Counted from the first letter of the stretch, positions 42,830-54,415 are shown. The stretch is DNA of 64,000 nt from Carpediemonas membranifera BICM (GCA_019828565.1 JAHDYR010000066.1:124001-188000); one strand, 5' to 3'. Numbers and translations: made by a program. Notes: generated by a model not told the origin, from the letters alone.

Positions 42830-43147
42830 ATGCATTCCGCCGCCCCACTGACCCATGAAGAGTTCTATGAGCTAGTTGTTATGCTTAATGGCATGCGCGG
42901 TCAGATGAGGATCGTCGCCTTCTCCTATTGGGCCTTTTTGACGGGCAAGACAGCAGATGAAGTGAAAGCCGAGGGGCAATTGGAAATTGACCCAACAAAG
43001 GTCCCTATTGCAACTCAGCGGAAGTTTTATGAGAAGCTTAAGAAGATGCAGGAGGGGCTTGCCCGAGTTCAACAGATCAACATCGAGAAGGACAGCCTTG
43101 AGCTCGAGATCGCGCACAAGCAGACTCATAAGCGGAATAACGACTGA
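42830..43147 (+). CDS. Small stand-alone ET/NET (BET extra-terminal)-like domain protein
   Basis: PLTHEEFYELVVMLNGM..QLEIDPTKVPIATQRKF parallels ET PMSYDEKRQLSLDINKL..EIEIDFETLKPSTLREL. Confidence 0.55.
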   Translation: MHSAAPLTHEEFYELVVMLNGMRGQMRIVAFSYWAFLTGKTADEVKAEGQLEIDPTKVPIATQRKFYEKLKKMQEGLARVQQINIEKDSLELEIAHKQTHKRNND

Positions 43148-43379
43148 GTAGGCCATGTAGTGCTGGCTATAGTGTATTGTATTCATTTCCATCCTCTGGC
43201 AACGTGAGATAAATGCAGCAGCTTAATCAGCCCCCCATGCCTCTAATATCCGAGACCATGGCCGCCCCATCGGTCGCATAGCGCGGCACATGGCACTGTG
43301 AGAGCCTGTTGATCTGTGACCGGATCGGGCGACGTCCCGGGTAAAGCTGCACCACAACCTGCTCGAGCCTGAGCCGACG

Positions 43380-45699
43380 ATGGAAGAGCACTTCTCGCTG
43401 CTTCAACAGCTGAAAAGCGTCTCCGGTACGTATGAATTCGTGCTATTACACAGATAAGATCGTGGTCTGGCAATCCGACCTACTTCAGGCGGGGAAGGGC
43501 TCTCCGAAGCTAACAGACAGTAACCCACTCTGCCATCCATTCATAGACGTGCTTATGACCATATTGAAACACGGTCTTATCCAAGGGAAGCGCCCCGTTA
43601 CGCTCTGGGAGTTCTTTCAGAAGCTGAACAAGGCCTCCCATGGAGACGACCTCGCCAAGCACACCCTGAAGATGTGCAAGAACCAAGGCACCACCGCAGA
43701 GCACCATGCGCTCGCCATGGTCCGCTTTGGTCTCCGGGACAAGACGTTTGAGGTGTTCTTCTCTCAACTCTCCCACTCGCGGTTCGTCCCGCTCTGCTAC
43801 ACGAAGACAGCCTTCATGGCCAACCCGGACGCCATTGACGCGCTTGTGGTCATTATAATCTCCGTATCCACGGTCGACTTCGACATCCCCCTGCTTCCCC
43901 CCGCCAAGGGCCCAGCGACCCCCGCCCCCCGGAGTCACAGGGCCCTGCCGACACTTCCCACGCCCATGGCGATCAACAAGGCCATCCACACGAAGGCGAG
44001 CAGGGAGAGGCTCCCTGCCCCAGCCCCCGAGCAAGCCAACCCCCTCCCACCCATCACAGCAGACACCCTCGAGAGCATACAGTCGCGGTGCATCGAGGTC
44101 GCCTTCCTCACGCAAGAAGTCGCGGCCGTGCTGGAAACACCCGACCTGGCGCCCCGGGCATACGGCGACTCCTACTCGACTGCGGCCGATACACCCACGG
44201 GGACGTCGGACACAGACGACTACTCGCCCTCGGAGATCGGGACGAAGACGGCCAAGGTGCTGCGGGCCCTGATAGACGAGGGCCGGCTCATATCAGGGTC
44301 CATGGCGTCGTCGGTCCCACCGGAGTCGGAGTCAGACACGTGTGAGAGCGGCGTGTCCGTGCAGGCGGACTCCATCTTCGCCGAGGACGAGGTGGTTAGC
44401 CACGCCGACGTCGAGAACGACGCGGACACGGAGTCTGACACCGACGACTCCGGGCTGGACGTGCCAATGCACACTGACACCGACGACAGCGGGGACGACA
44501 GCGACTCAGACTCGGTCAGGTCGGGCGCCTCAGAGCTCCTCGCGGCCCGGGCCGAGCTCGAGCTTGAGGACAATTCCGACGTCGGGTCGGCCCACACCGA
44601 GAGCACGGTCGCCCTGTCCCACGCCCCCACAGACCTCGAGGACCACGACTCGACCGCTGAGTCAGGCCTGGATGTGATCGCGGACCCCGATTGCGAGTGC
44701 TCCGCGACCCCGGCCAGCGTCCGGTCGACCCAGTCGGGCCCGGTGACTCAGGTCAACCCCATCTCCCTCGCCACCACGCCGACGCCCGAGTCAGCGGTGA
44801 CGACCACACTGGCGACCCCCACGGCGCTCGGCCTGGGCCCTGATGAGGACCGCATGTCGACCGCCTCGATTCTCGACTCCGTCGTCGAGTCGCACTTTGG
44901 GACCACGGTTCCGGTTCGCCAGTTCCCCCCGCCGCTGACCCCCAAGAGCTTCCGTCTCCCCAAGCCGTGGCTGACCTCGCTCCTCACCCAGCCCGCCCGG
45001 GAGACGTCGCTGGAGCAGCAGGGGTCCGTCTGTCCCGGGTGCGACGCCACCATCATCGGCAAGGTCAACAAGATCGCCCTGCAACGGTGCTACTACACGG
45101 GCCACCTCTACTGCAACGACTGCCACGATGGCAGTATGACGTCTGCCATCCCGTGGCGAGTGGTCGGCAACTGGGACTGGACCGAGATGCCTATCGCTGT
45201 GAAGGCTACCAGCGCCATGGAGCTCTACTGGGACACGCCCATGATGAGCACGGAGGACGAGCTGGCCGCGGTGTACAGCAGCAACAAGCTGCTCCAGAAG
45301 GCAGTCTCTCTGCGGCAGACCCTCGCCCTCATGGTCCCCTTCGTCCTGACATGCCCTGGTCGGGACGAGCTGCTCCGGGACATCCCCGAGTCCCGCCAGC
45401 ACTACATGGGGCCGCCCCACATGTGGTCGATGGCGGACCTGACGGACCTGAAGTTCAACGACCTCCTCGGGTGGTTGCAGAGACTCGTTGAGATGTACTA
45501 CGTGCACATCACGGTGAACTGTCCCAACTGCCAAGGCAGGGGCTTCTTCTGCGAGATGTGCCGGGGCAAGGACACACTCTTCCCTTTCCAGGCCAAGATT
45601 CACAGGTGTAACGTGTGCAAGGCCATCTTCCACCAGGCGTGCTGGAAGAAGCACGGGAAGAAGTGTCCGCGGTGTGCCCGGTGGGGCGACCGGTCTTGA
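43380..45699 (+). CDS. RUN and Rubicon-homology domain protein (PLEKHM/Rubicon/DEF8 family); 28-nt intron 43426-43453
   Basis: ILKHGL..LWEFF (RUN); CYYTGHLYCNDCH..IPWRVVGNWDW..HITVNCPNCQGRGFFCEMC..CPRCAR. Confidence 0.88.
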
Positions 45700-45783
45700 T
45701 GTAGTTTTAGATGTTTTCCATGTTGATAAGGTCATAAAGTGCCATGTTTTGCTGGTTGCAGTTGTATAGTCTGCAGGAATGAT

Positions 45784-45857
45784 CTCCTGCTAGCTCAGCT
45801 GAATGAGGCATCAGATCAGACTGTCAGCTCGGTTCGATAAACTACCCGAGGCAGACT
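45784..45857 (+). other. Degenerate tRNA-like / Pol III element (pseudo-tRNA or SINE head)
   Basis: A-box-like TAGCTCAGCTG; T-arm CTCGG-TTCGA..-CCGAG with enlarged loop; partial acceptor CTGC/GCAG; no proper anticodon stem. Confidence 0.3.
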
Positions 45858-46249
45858 CTGGTGATTGGCCCACCCTCGGCTGGCACCAATACTCTTGTTT
45901 TCTCATCGAGTGGCAGCGACACACCGGGCTGGGGTGAGTTCTCCACCGAGCACCCTCCCGTGCACTAACAGACCCCGAGGTGTGGGATTAGTGTCCCTTG
46001 GCTCAATGTTATCGACATCACGGAGATGAACCATGAAACGGCCCTCGGATTGATTCGGGACAAATCTTGAGTCGGCCCAGAGACTTCCACGACCAGACGA
46101 GAAGTGTCCGCGGCGAGACACGCTTTCTAAACTCATGCTTCCCTTCATCCATCTCAAGCCCGCTGCGACTTTAAGTCTTGCTTCTCATCGCACACACTAG
46201 AGGTCTCTCGTGCCTGCATCGAGGTCCCCAACAAACCTTTGATCCGCGT

Positions 46250-47728
46250 TTACATGGCCTCTAGGGCCTCGATGAGTTCCTCATCAGCGACGGCGTCGTC
46301 CCCCTGCTCACCCTCGGGGTTCCGGTGCAGGTTAACGTACTGCCGCATCTCGGGCTCCTCCTCGAGCTCCTGCATGAACTGCTCGTAGTCCTCGTCGACG
46401 TTGCCCCGCCTGACCTGCGCCATGGACTCGTCCTGCTCGTACGACAGCCGCGCCAGCTTGAACTTGTGTCCATATCTCTTACGGATGCGGTCTCTCTTGA
46501 TGACGATGACAGGGACTCGCTCAGCGTTGAGCTCCGGGATCCGGCGCTTGATCTCGTCAATCGTCCAGCCAGAGAGGTCGTTCGTGTTGAACTGGATCGT
46601 CTCGAGGTCGTAGCCGAGGCAGGGGACGTCCTCGTCGGGGTCGTCCGGCCAGTGGTGCTCCGAGAACAGGTGGGCGATGTGCGTCATGCCCTCGACCGGC
46701 TCGAACGAGGTCGTGCCCTCGGGGAACAGCTCGAGCATGCCCTTCGAGAAGCGGGCCTCGGACCGCGGGACGTCGAGGGGATACGACACGAGGAAGCGGC
46801 GTGCGTGTTTGATGGAGCAGATAGGGCGGGTGTCCCTCATGTTCTTGAGGCAGTACGATGGTTGCAGGAAGAACTCCTGGAGGGTCTGCAGGTCGAGGCA
46901 GTGCACCAGAGACGACACGCGGGTGACTAGGGCTAAAGTGCGCCCGGTCGGGTTGCTGCGGGGCAACACGAGGAGGTCGTCCTTGCAGAAGGGCACGATC
47001 TCGATGTAGTACGTCAGCCGCTTGTCGATGGTGTTGTTGTTGTAATCCGCACCCTGTACGCGTTCCGTCTTGAGCGGCGCAGAGCAGGGGACGTGCTTGG
47101 CCACGAGAGCCATGAACGCATGAGCCTTGGAGTCGTTGTCGAAGAAGAAGTCGACACCCTCGGGGTACTCCCGGATGGAGAGCGTCTCGAGATGCATCTG
47201 GTGCTTCAGGATGAGCTGCTCGAGGAAGTAGAACGTCCGCTTATGCTCCACGTGCTGCCTCAGCTGCACCTGAACCTTCCACGTGTTCTCGGTGGCGGCA
47301 AGGGTGCATCCCGGGCAGATGTGCGGCTGCTCGACGAACTCGACGCGCACCTCCTGCTGCAACATGGCTCCCTCCATGACCTCCTTCTGGATCGTCAGGT
47401 CGATGTTGATACGGCGGCTGTGAGGCTCAGTCCAGTTGAACTTGGCATCCACCAACCGGATTCCCTTGAGGTGGGGCTTGATCCGCTGGAGCAGGATGCC
47501 CATCAGCTGGGGAGTCTCGCGGTCGGCAAAGACCCAGTTCTTGGGAGGAACAAGGTACTTGCCGCAGGTTCTGCACCAATCAACCACAAGTTTGTCTGGA
47601 ATGGCCGCTGTGATGTTTGCTGACGCACGTATGCAGCCAATGCACTTGTTCATCGGATTGGGATCGATCAGCGTGCCGCATTCGCAGCAATGTACCTTAG
47701 CTATTGTGTGTGTCGGAATGAACTGCAT
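46250..47728 (-). CDS. NMD3: 60S ribosomal export adaptor NMD3
   Basis: CCECGTLIDPNPMNKCIGC..WTEPHSRRI..QLRQHVEHKRTFYFLEQLILKH..FMQELEEEPEMR. Confidence 0.96.
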   Translation of the reverse strand: MQFIPTHTIAKVHCCECGTLIDPNPMNKCIGCIRASANITAAIPDKLVVDWCRTCGKYLVPPKNWVFADRETPQLMGILLQRIKPHLKGIRLVDAKFNWTEPHSRRINIDLTIQKEVMEGAMLQQEVRVEFVEQPHICPGCTLAATENTWKVQVQLRQHVEHKRTFYFLEQLILKHQMHLETLSIREYPEGVDFFFDNDSKAHAFMALVAKHVPCSAPLKTERVQGADYNNNTIDKRLTYYIEIVPFCKDDLLVLPRSNPTGRTLALVTRVSSLVHCLDLQTLQEFFLQPSYCLKNMRDTRPICSIKHARRFLVSYPLDVPRSEARFSKGMLELFPEGTTSFEPVEGMTHIAHLFSEHHWPDDPDEDVPCLGYDLETIQFNTNDLSGWTIDEIKRRIPELNAERVPVIVIKRDRIRKRYGHKFKLARLSYEQDESMAQVRRGNVDEDYEQFMQELEEEPEMRQYVNLHRNPEGEQGDDAVADEELIEALEAM

Positions 47729-47922
47729 TGGAAGTGTACTACTGCTATTGCTTGGCCGTACGGGCGCTTCCAGTTCCGAGGAGCCTTAATCTGCACATGA
47801 TTCGCGAGATTTGTCTCTGGAGGTTTTTCGCGCTTTCTGGCCAAGATTGGCGTGGCTGCACCAGCCGGCCGACACCCGCTGACCTTGCACGGCCTGACTC
47901 AAAATTTCCTTCCTTCATTGAC

Positions 47923-48702
47923 ATGGAAATAGGCGATTCAAGGTGGCTTAGCCAGCTAGACGCACACATAAGTGATTTTGAACACATACGCGCAACATTT
48001 GTGTCACAAGAGGATCATCAGCTCGCACTCGATGACCTACGCGTCAAACTATCACTCGAGCATAGCAAGACGGTGAAGCAACTGACTACAGCGAACGAAA
48101 AGCTCAAAGATCAGTTTATTAGCGAGCGAGAAACGTATGTGGCGAAGATGAAGTCGCTGGAGGGCGCGGTTGAGAGTTTGAAAACGCAGAATGAAATGAT
48201 GACGACACAGCGGAAAACGGTCGAGGACAGCCTCCGCGGGACAATCCACAGGCTAAAAGCCGAGCTCGCGGAGATACAGACGGAGCAGGCGGCTGCACTT
48301 AGGTCTGATGGGACCGACGCGCCGTCTGCAGCGCGAGCGACTGCACTTGAGGAGGACGTCCGCGCCCTCCGGCTGCGGGAGACGTCCATGACAGAAGAGC
48401 TAGCAGCGACACACAGGAGCTCGGTCCAGGACAGGCGTGCGTTGGGCGAGGCGCTCGAGGAGGCTGCCCGACTGAGAGGCGAGCTCGACAGGACTCGGGC
48501 CCAGGTCGTCGCGGCGGAGGGCACGATCGCGGAGCAGCGGACGAAGATAGGGCGGTATAAGGAGGAGGCGCGGGCCAAGCACCGCGAGGACGTGGACCGG
48601 TGCAACAAGGCCATGAAGGTGGCACGGCAGTACCGCGAGGACTACGAGAAGCTCGGGAGAGAGATCGTGGCACTGAAACACGAGCTCAACGTGCTTCGGT
48701 GA
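47923..48702 (+). CDS. Coiled-coil hypothetical protein
   Basis: Heptad-rich 259-aa ORF. Confidence 0.7.
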   Translation: MEIGDSRWLSQLDAHISDFEHIRATFVSQEDHQLALDDLRVKLSLEHSKTVKQLTTANEKLKDQFISERETYVAKMKSLEGAVESLKTQNEMMTTQRKTVEDSLRGTIHRLKAELAEIQTEQAAALRSDGTDAPSAARATALEEDVRALRLRETSMTEELAATHRSSVQDRRALGEALEEAARLRGELDRTRAQVVAAEGTIAEQRTKIGRYKEEARAKHREDVDRCNKAMKVARQYREDYEKLGREIVALKHELNVLR

Positions 48703-48771
48703 AGATATGACAATGCGATAGTAAAGCCAGCACGCCTAATCAGATTGACAATTTGATCGAATCTGGTTGAA

Positions 48772-50058
48772 ATGGCGTTTTCAGGACGAGCAAACCCATT
48801 TGGCTCACTTTCGCAGTCTTCACCAAACACATTTGGCCAGCCGCAGACCAATTCATCTCCATTTGGGCAACAGAACCATGCAACACGTCCGTTTGGTGGG
48901 TTTGGATCATCCCCAGCCCAATCGGCCCCTAGTAACCCATTTGGAGCACCGCAAGCATCTGCACAAGCCAATCCATTCGGTCAGCAGCAGCCGCAGTCTT
49001 CTGCATCCAACCCGTTTGGTCAGGCACAAAACTCATCTCCATTCGGCCAGCAAAATCAGCAGCAGAAGCCGGCATTCGGCGGGTTTGGTGCACAAAAGCA
49101 GAGCACTAGTGCCTTTGGAGCACCTGCAGCCTCATCGTCGAACCCCTTTGGCCAGACCAGCCAGAGCCCCTTCGGCCAGCAGGCACAACGGCCCATGGGT
49201 GGCACAGGATTTGGTGCCCCAGCCGCGTCCTCGGCCGGATCCAATCCATTCGGCCAACCTGCCAAGCCGTCCACGCCGTTTGGCCAGCCGTCCAATCCTG
49301 GGAACCCCTTCGGCCAAACGAACCCACAGCCCGCCGCCCAGGGGAACCCCTTCGGACAGACACAGACGGCCACACCCTTTGGACAGGCACCTAAGCCGGC
49401 TATCGGCTTTGGCCAACCCCAACCCCAAGCCCAAGCCCAGCAGTCGCCCTTTGGGTCCGCACCGTTCGGTCAGAGCACACAGACAGCCGGGGCGAACCCG
49501 TTCGGACAGCCGCAGGCCCAGCCTCAACAATCTCCTTTTGGACAGCAAGCTCAGCCTGCCAAACCTGCCGGCTTTGGGCAACCCGCGCAGTCTAGTCCTT
49601 TCGGACAGCCGGCCCCCCAGGCCCAGGGCGGCCAATCCGTGGCGAATCCATTCGGGCAGCCCCAGACCCAGACCCAGACCCAGCCCGCCGCCCAAGCCAA
49701 CCCGTTCGGCCAGGCACCCCAGCAGCAGCCTTCTTTCGGCCAACCTAATGGCCCCAACCCATTCGCCACCATGTCGGGCACCGCACAACCGCCAGCGAAC
49801 ACCGGCAACCCGTTTGGCGGCATGCAGACCCAGCCGGCGAACCCGTTTGGCTCCACCACGGCCCAGCCCCAGGGCGTGTTCGGGGCGGGGCAGAGCCAGG
49901 CTGCTGGCCAGGCACTGGACAGGGATAGCCGACTTGAGACGTACGTGGTCAACGGGCAGCCGGCCCATGTGAAGGGGAGCAGCGCCCACTTTAGCTGGGA
50001 TGCCGGCCAGACAGCGTCGGGGCCGTACAAGCTGGGGGAAGTCCCCGAGACGGCGTGA
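48772..50058 (+). CDS. FG-repeat nucleoporin, NUP42/NUPL2-like
   Basis: Dozens of (N/S)PFGQ repeats. C-terminal YKLGEVPE resembles the Gle1-binding FxLGxIP motif. Confidence 0.65.
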   Translation: MAFSGRANPFGSLSQSSPNTFGQPQTNSSPFGQQNHATRPFGGFGSSPAQSAPSNPFGAPQASAQANPFGQQQPQSSASNPFGQAQNSSPFGQQNQQQKPAFGGFGAQKQSTSAFGAPAASSSNPFGQTSQSPFGQQAQRPMGGTGFGAPAASSAGSNPFGQPAKPSTPFGQPSNPGNPFGQTNPQPAAQGNPFGQTQTATPFGQAPKPAIGFGQPQPQAQAQQSPFGSAPFGQSTQTAGANPFGQPQAQPQQSPFGQQAQPAKPAGFGQPAQSSPFGQPAPQAQGGQSVANPFGQPQTQTQTQPAAQANPFGQAPQQQPSFGQPNGPNPFATMSGTAQPPANTGNPFGGMQTQPANPFGSTTAQPQGVFGAGQSQAAGQALDRDSRLETYVVNGQPAHVKGSSAHFSWDAGQTASGPYKLGEVPETA

Positions 50059-50345
50059 GAGGTAGTTAGCGGCACCGACACCATAGGATAAATGCTCATG
50101 CGACACCGATGCCATCGACTATCATTTGATTCGTTCTATCTGGGACCGGTGCCCTGACGACTTGCCCTGATCAGGGTGATCGGCGATATGATTTCTCGGA
50201 ATACGGCATGGAAGCGAGCAGATTGGGCCAGTTGGTGATGTGGGGTGCCTGTACTTCTGGATTGCCTCGGATCTTGTCAATCTCGACAGGGCGGAACAGC
50301 TTGACTCGTCTTGACTTTCGATCATCATATTCGAGCATTGCAAGA

Positions 50346-52343
50346 ATGAAGAGTTCTTTCAGCAGAGCCGTTGATACTGTTCGCGTTGTTGCCGCGGAGA
50401 CTGTCCAGAAGGCCAATTCTGGTCACCCTGGCGCTCCCATGGGCTGCGCTCCCATTGCCACCGCCCTGTACGCGAATGTCATGAATTACTGCCCCAAGGG
50501 CCACAAGTGGATCAACAGAGACCGTTTTGTGCTTTCTAACGGCCACGCCTCTGCTCTTCTGTACACCATGCTCCACAACATCGGCATCCTTTCCGTCGAG
50601 GACCTGCAGGGCTTCCGTCAGCTCAACTCCCGCACGCCCGGCCACCCCGAGTTCGGCCACACCCCCGGCGTTGAGGTCACCACCGGCCCCCTCGGACAGG
50701 GTCTCTCCAACGCCGTCGGTATGGCTATCGCCGCGAAGCACGCCGGTGCCGAGTTCAACCGCCCCGGTTTCGATGTCATCAACCCTACTATCTACGTCCT
50801 TGCCGGTGACGGCTGCCTTATGGAGGGTGTGACCAACGAGGCCTCCTCGATTGCCGGCCACATGAAGCTCGACAACCTTGTCGTCCTTTACGATGACAAC
50901 CACATCACCATCGACGGCTCCACCGACGTCGCCTTCACCGAGGACGCCGCCAAGCGCTACGAGGCCCTCGGCTGGCACGTGATCGTTGTCGAGAACGGCG
51001 ACGACTCCGAGGCCACCGACGTCCTCGCTGCTATCGAGCAGGCCAAGACCATCGACCGCCCCGTTCTCATCAAGGTCCGCACCACCATCGGCATCTACAG
51101 CGCCAAGGCCGGCACTTCCAAGGTCCACGGTTCCCCCATCGGCGCCGAGGACTGCGCCCGTGTCCGCAAGGAGCTCGGCATCGAGGGCGAGGCCTTCGAG
51201 ACCCCCGCTGACGTCAAGCAGTTCTGGGCCGATGTCGTCGAGTCCAAGAGGGCCGGCCACAAGGCCTGGGGTGAGATGCTCGAGCGCTATGCCGTCGAGT
51301 TCCCCGAGCTCCACGCTGACCTCGCCCGCCGCATCAAGGGTGAGGCCCCTGCCGAGCTCGACGCCGCCCTCAAGGCCGTCGCTCTCGGTGACGCCAAGGC
51401 AACTCGCCAGGCCAACAACGCCATCCTCAACGTCGTCAACGGCGTCACCCCCGAGGTCGTCGGCGGCAGCGCTGACCTGTGCGCGTCCAACTTGACGACG
51501 CTCAAGAAGAACGGCGAGTACATGGTCGCGGGCGACTTCTCCGGCCGCTCCATCCCCTTCGGCGTCCGCGAGCACGCCATGGCCGCCCTCACGAACGGCA
51601 TCAGCGCCTTTGGCCTCCACTGGCCCTTCTGCGCCACCTTCATGGTCTTCTCGGGCTACATGCTCGGCGCCATGCGTGTCTCTGCCATCAGCGGCCACCG
51701 CGTCGTCTACGTCCTGACCCATGACTCCATTGGCGTTGGCGAAGACGGCCCCACTCACCAGCCCGTTGAGACCCTCGGCCAGCTCCGCGCCATCCCCAAC
51801 CTCTCCGTCTGGCGCCCTGCCGACGAGCGCGAGACTGCTGCCGCGTACGCTGTCGCTGCCACCCGCGCCGGCCCCCTTGCCCTCGCGCTCTCCCGCCAGG
51901 GTGTGCCTGCCCTCTGCCCCGACGTCGAGCTCGCCATGAAGGGCGGCTATGTCCTTATGGAGGAGGCCAACCCCCAGCTCATCCTCGTCGCCAGCGGCAC
52001 CGAGACTTCCCTCGCCCACGACGCCGCCGAGGCTATGATCGCAAAGGGTATCCGCGTCCGCGTCGTCTCGATGCCGTCTGTTGATGCGTTCAACGCCCAG
52101 CCCACCGAGTACCAGGAGGAGGTCCTGCCCCGCCGCACCGGTGGCGTCCCCATCGTCTCCGTCGAGGCCGCCTCCGCCATGGGCATGGCCGGTGTTTCCC
52201 ACGCCCACATCGGTGTCGAGGAGTTCGGCCGATCTGCCCCCGCAAGCCAGGTGTACAAGGTCTTCGGGCTCACTCCCGAGGGCGTCTCCGAGCGTGCTGC
52301 CAAGTTCGTCGGCCGCACCGTTGGCCCCATCCTTTTCGAGTAA
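50346..52343 (+). CDS. TKT: Transketolase
   Basis: SGHPGAPMG, RDRFVLSNGH, TGPLGQG, GDGCLMEG, FGVREHAM, THDSIGVGEDGPTHQP. Confidence 0.98.
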   Translation: MKSSFSRAVDTVRVVAAETVQKANSGHPGAPMGCAPIATALYANVMNYCPKGHKWINRDRFVLSNGHASALLYTMLHNIGILSVEDLQGFRQLNSRTPGHPEFGHTPGVEVTTGPLGQGLSNAVGMAIAAKHAGAEFNRPGFDVINPTIYVLAGDGCLMEGVTNEASSIAGHMKLDNLVVLYDDNHITIDGSTDVAFTEDAAKRYEALGWHVIVVENGDDSEATDVLAAIEQAKTIDRPVLIKVRTTIGIYSAKAGTSKVHGSPIGAEDCARVRKELGIEGEAFETPADVKQFWADVVESKRAGHKAWGEMLERYAVEFPELHADLARRIKGEAPAELDAALKAVALGDAKATRQANNAILNVVNGVTPEVVGGSADLCASNLTTLKKNGEYMVAGDFSGRSIPFGVREHAMAALTNGISAFGLHWPFCATFMVFSGYMLGAMRVSAISGHRVVYVLTHDSIGVGEDGPTHQPVETLGQLRAIPNLSVWRPADERETAAAYAVAATRAGPLALALSRQGVPALCPDVELAMKGGYVLMEEANPQLILVASGTETSLAHDAAEAMIAKGIRVRVVSMPSVDAFNAQPTEYQEEVLPRRTGGVPIVSVEAASAMGMAGVSHAHIGVEEFGRSAPASQVYKVFGLTPEGVSERAAKFVGRTVGPILFE

Positions 52344-52636
52344 AACTTTGATGCATTCAGACCCTGGTCGAGCTAGGCCCATGGGAAGCACATACCGTGT
52401 GGCCCCGCACGCCTGAGTTTTGGTGCCGAATGGGCAGGTGAGGCTGGTGGTGAGATCATTTGTTGAGATTCTGGTGGGCTCCCGTCCTACGGCTCACATC
52501 TGAGTGGGCTGACTGTAGCTGGCCGATTCATTACTCTCCTACCGCATCAACACCCCTCAACAGACCAGCACGATGCTTCGCTTTTTGTGCAGTTTTTTTT
52601 CAACGAAAAAAAGTTCCTTTGCTCACAGGCTTGCTA

Positions 52637-53317
52637 ATGAAGCTTAACCTGTCCTTCCCCGTTAACGGCACCAACAAGGTTGTCGAGATTGAGGACGAGA
52701 AGAAGCTGTTTGTTTTAGTTTGAGCCTAATTACCCAGCGCCATCTTCTACGACAAGCGTATGAGCCAGGAGGTTCCCCTCGACGTCCTCGGTGAGGAGTT
52801 CACCGGCTACGTTGCCAAGATCACCGGCGGTAACGATAAGCAGGGCTTTCCCATGTACCAGGGTGTCCTTGTCCCCCACCGTGTCCGCCTTCTCATGAAG
52901 CCCGGCAACAAGTGCTACACTCCCCGCCGTGAGGGTGAGTTCAAGCGTAAGTCCGTCCGTGGCTGCATCGTCTCCCACGACCTTTCTGCTCTTGCTCTCT
53001 GCATCACCAAGAAGGGCCTCGCTGATCTCCCCGGCCTTACCGATGCCACCAACCCCCGCCGTCTCGGCCCCAAGCGCGCTTCCAACATCCGCAAGATGTT
53101 CAACCTTGAGAAGACCGATGATGTCCGTAAGTTCGTCGTTCGCCGCTCTGTCACCACCAAGGGCGGCCACACCAAGTCCAAGGCCCCCAAGATCCAGCGC
53201 CTTGTCACTGCCCAGACCATCCAGCGCAAGCGCCACCTCCAGAAGGTGAAGATGGCCAACTGGCGCCGTTCCATCGCTGAGGCTAAGGAGTACAAGACCA
53301 AGTACGGCCGTGCTTAA
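52637..53317 (+). CDS. RPS6: 40S ribosomal protein S6 (eS6); 30-nt intron 52708-52737
   Basis: [14 protein letters not shown]|[43 protein letters not shown]. Confidence 0.98.
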
Positions 53318-53580
53318 ATGTTGGTTCAAAGCGGAATAAAGCTCCCGGCAACTGGATATGTGTCACCCAACAGCGAGCGCTTCCGTATCCAGCCGTTACA
53401 AAGGCTCCAGTCAAAGCTATTTTTGTCAAGGCAAGGTCAAACCAAGGAACAGTTAGAAATGCGAAAACAGCCAATAACCATCACATGCTGCCACCAGGAG
53501 GCTGCGACTGTTGTCGAATTCGATTGGGTTGACCCCGGATCTGAGGATCTTCATCCTTGATCTCAGAACAAACTACGAGA

Positions 53581-54365
53581 ATGGAGGCTTTCCTAACCCG
53601 TGTTAAAGACCAACTCACATCTGCTAGCGATCAATTGGTATGTTTGCACCATCCTTGCTGACTTAGGTGAACGCTACTGCGCAGGGCATGCTTGTCGTGC
53701 AGAAGGGCATCAATGTAACGAACAGCGAGCCTCCTCACGTGACCTTTCAGCGGAATTTCAACCTTCCCCCATCAGAGGTTCCTGCCTTCGAGTATGCTTG
53801 CCGCATGGTGAGCGAGAAGAAGGTCTATCTCCGCGGTGTCCTGTACATCTCACAGAACTTCTTCGCCTTCCAGGCTGCGACTCCATTCCAGAGCTACCGC
53901 ATCTCTGTGCCTCTTGCGGAGGTCACCTCTGTTCAGTGGACGCCCCAACGCACGCTCCTTGTCGAGACCGAGAAGAACTTCACCCTCGAGATGGGAGAAT
54001 TCTCCATCGCAACCCACCCCTTCGACAAGCTGTGGAGTGCGTGGCAGCAGATCTGCCTGAGGAAGTCTGCCGGCCTCCCCGTCCACATCTCGGTCCCCGC
54101 GCCCCAGCAGGAGGAAGTCCATATCGAGGCTGAGGCCAAGCCTGAGGCCGCCGAGCCCGTCGACGAAGAACCCATCCCTGAGGTCACCACCGCGGAGGAG
54201 CCTACCGTAGAGCCCACAGTAGAGCCTGAGCAGCCCACTGAGGAGCCCGCCCCCGCCGTCGTTCCCGCCCCTGTTATCTCGGCGCCGGCGCCCGCGCCAG
54301 TGGATGCGCAGGTCCACTCTGAAGAGGAGGAAGAGGAGGAGGAGGAGGAGATGGTGGCAGTGTAA
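53581..54365 (+). CDS. GRAM-domain protein with acidic tail; 29-nt intron 53638-53666
   Basis: FQRNFNLPPSE..YAC..GVLYISQNFFAF. Intron GTATGT..CTGACTTAG. Confidence 0.8.
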
Positions 54366-54415
54366 GTGTATAAAGCCGTGGGGTGTTTTGCCAGCTGCGC
54401 GACCAGTGGACAACG

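Noticed and set aside
45760-46095. RNase P/MRP RNA on the minus strand (GGAAGTCTCTG and CAGACTA motifs)
   Set aside because: The two motifs do not form a convincing P4 helix by eye.
48772-50058. Periodic CC(A/C/G)TT(C/T)GG repeats as a DNA repeat array
   Set aside because: Explained by the coding PFG repeats of a nucleoporin.
50325-52391. Long antisense ORFs (e.g. 688 aa opposite transketolase, 572 aa opposite ABCA, 518 aa opposite WDR55)
   Set aside because: Shadow ORFs caused by strong third-position GC bias; no recognisable motifs.
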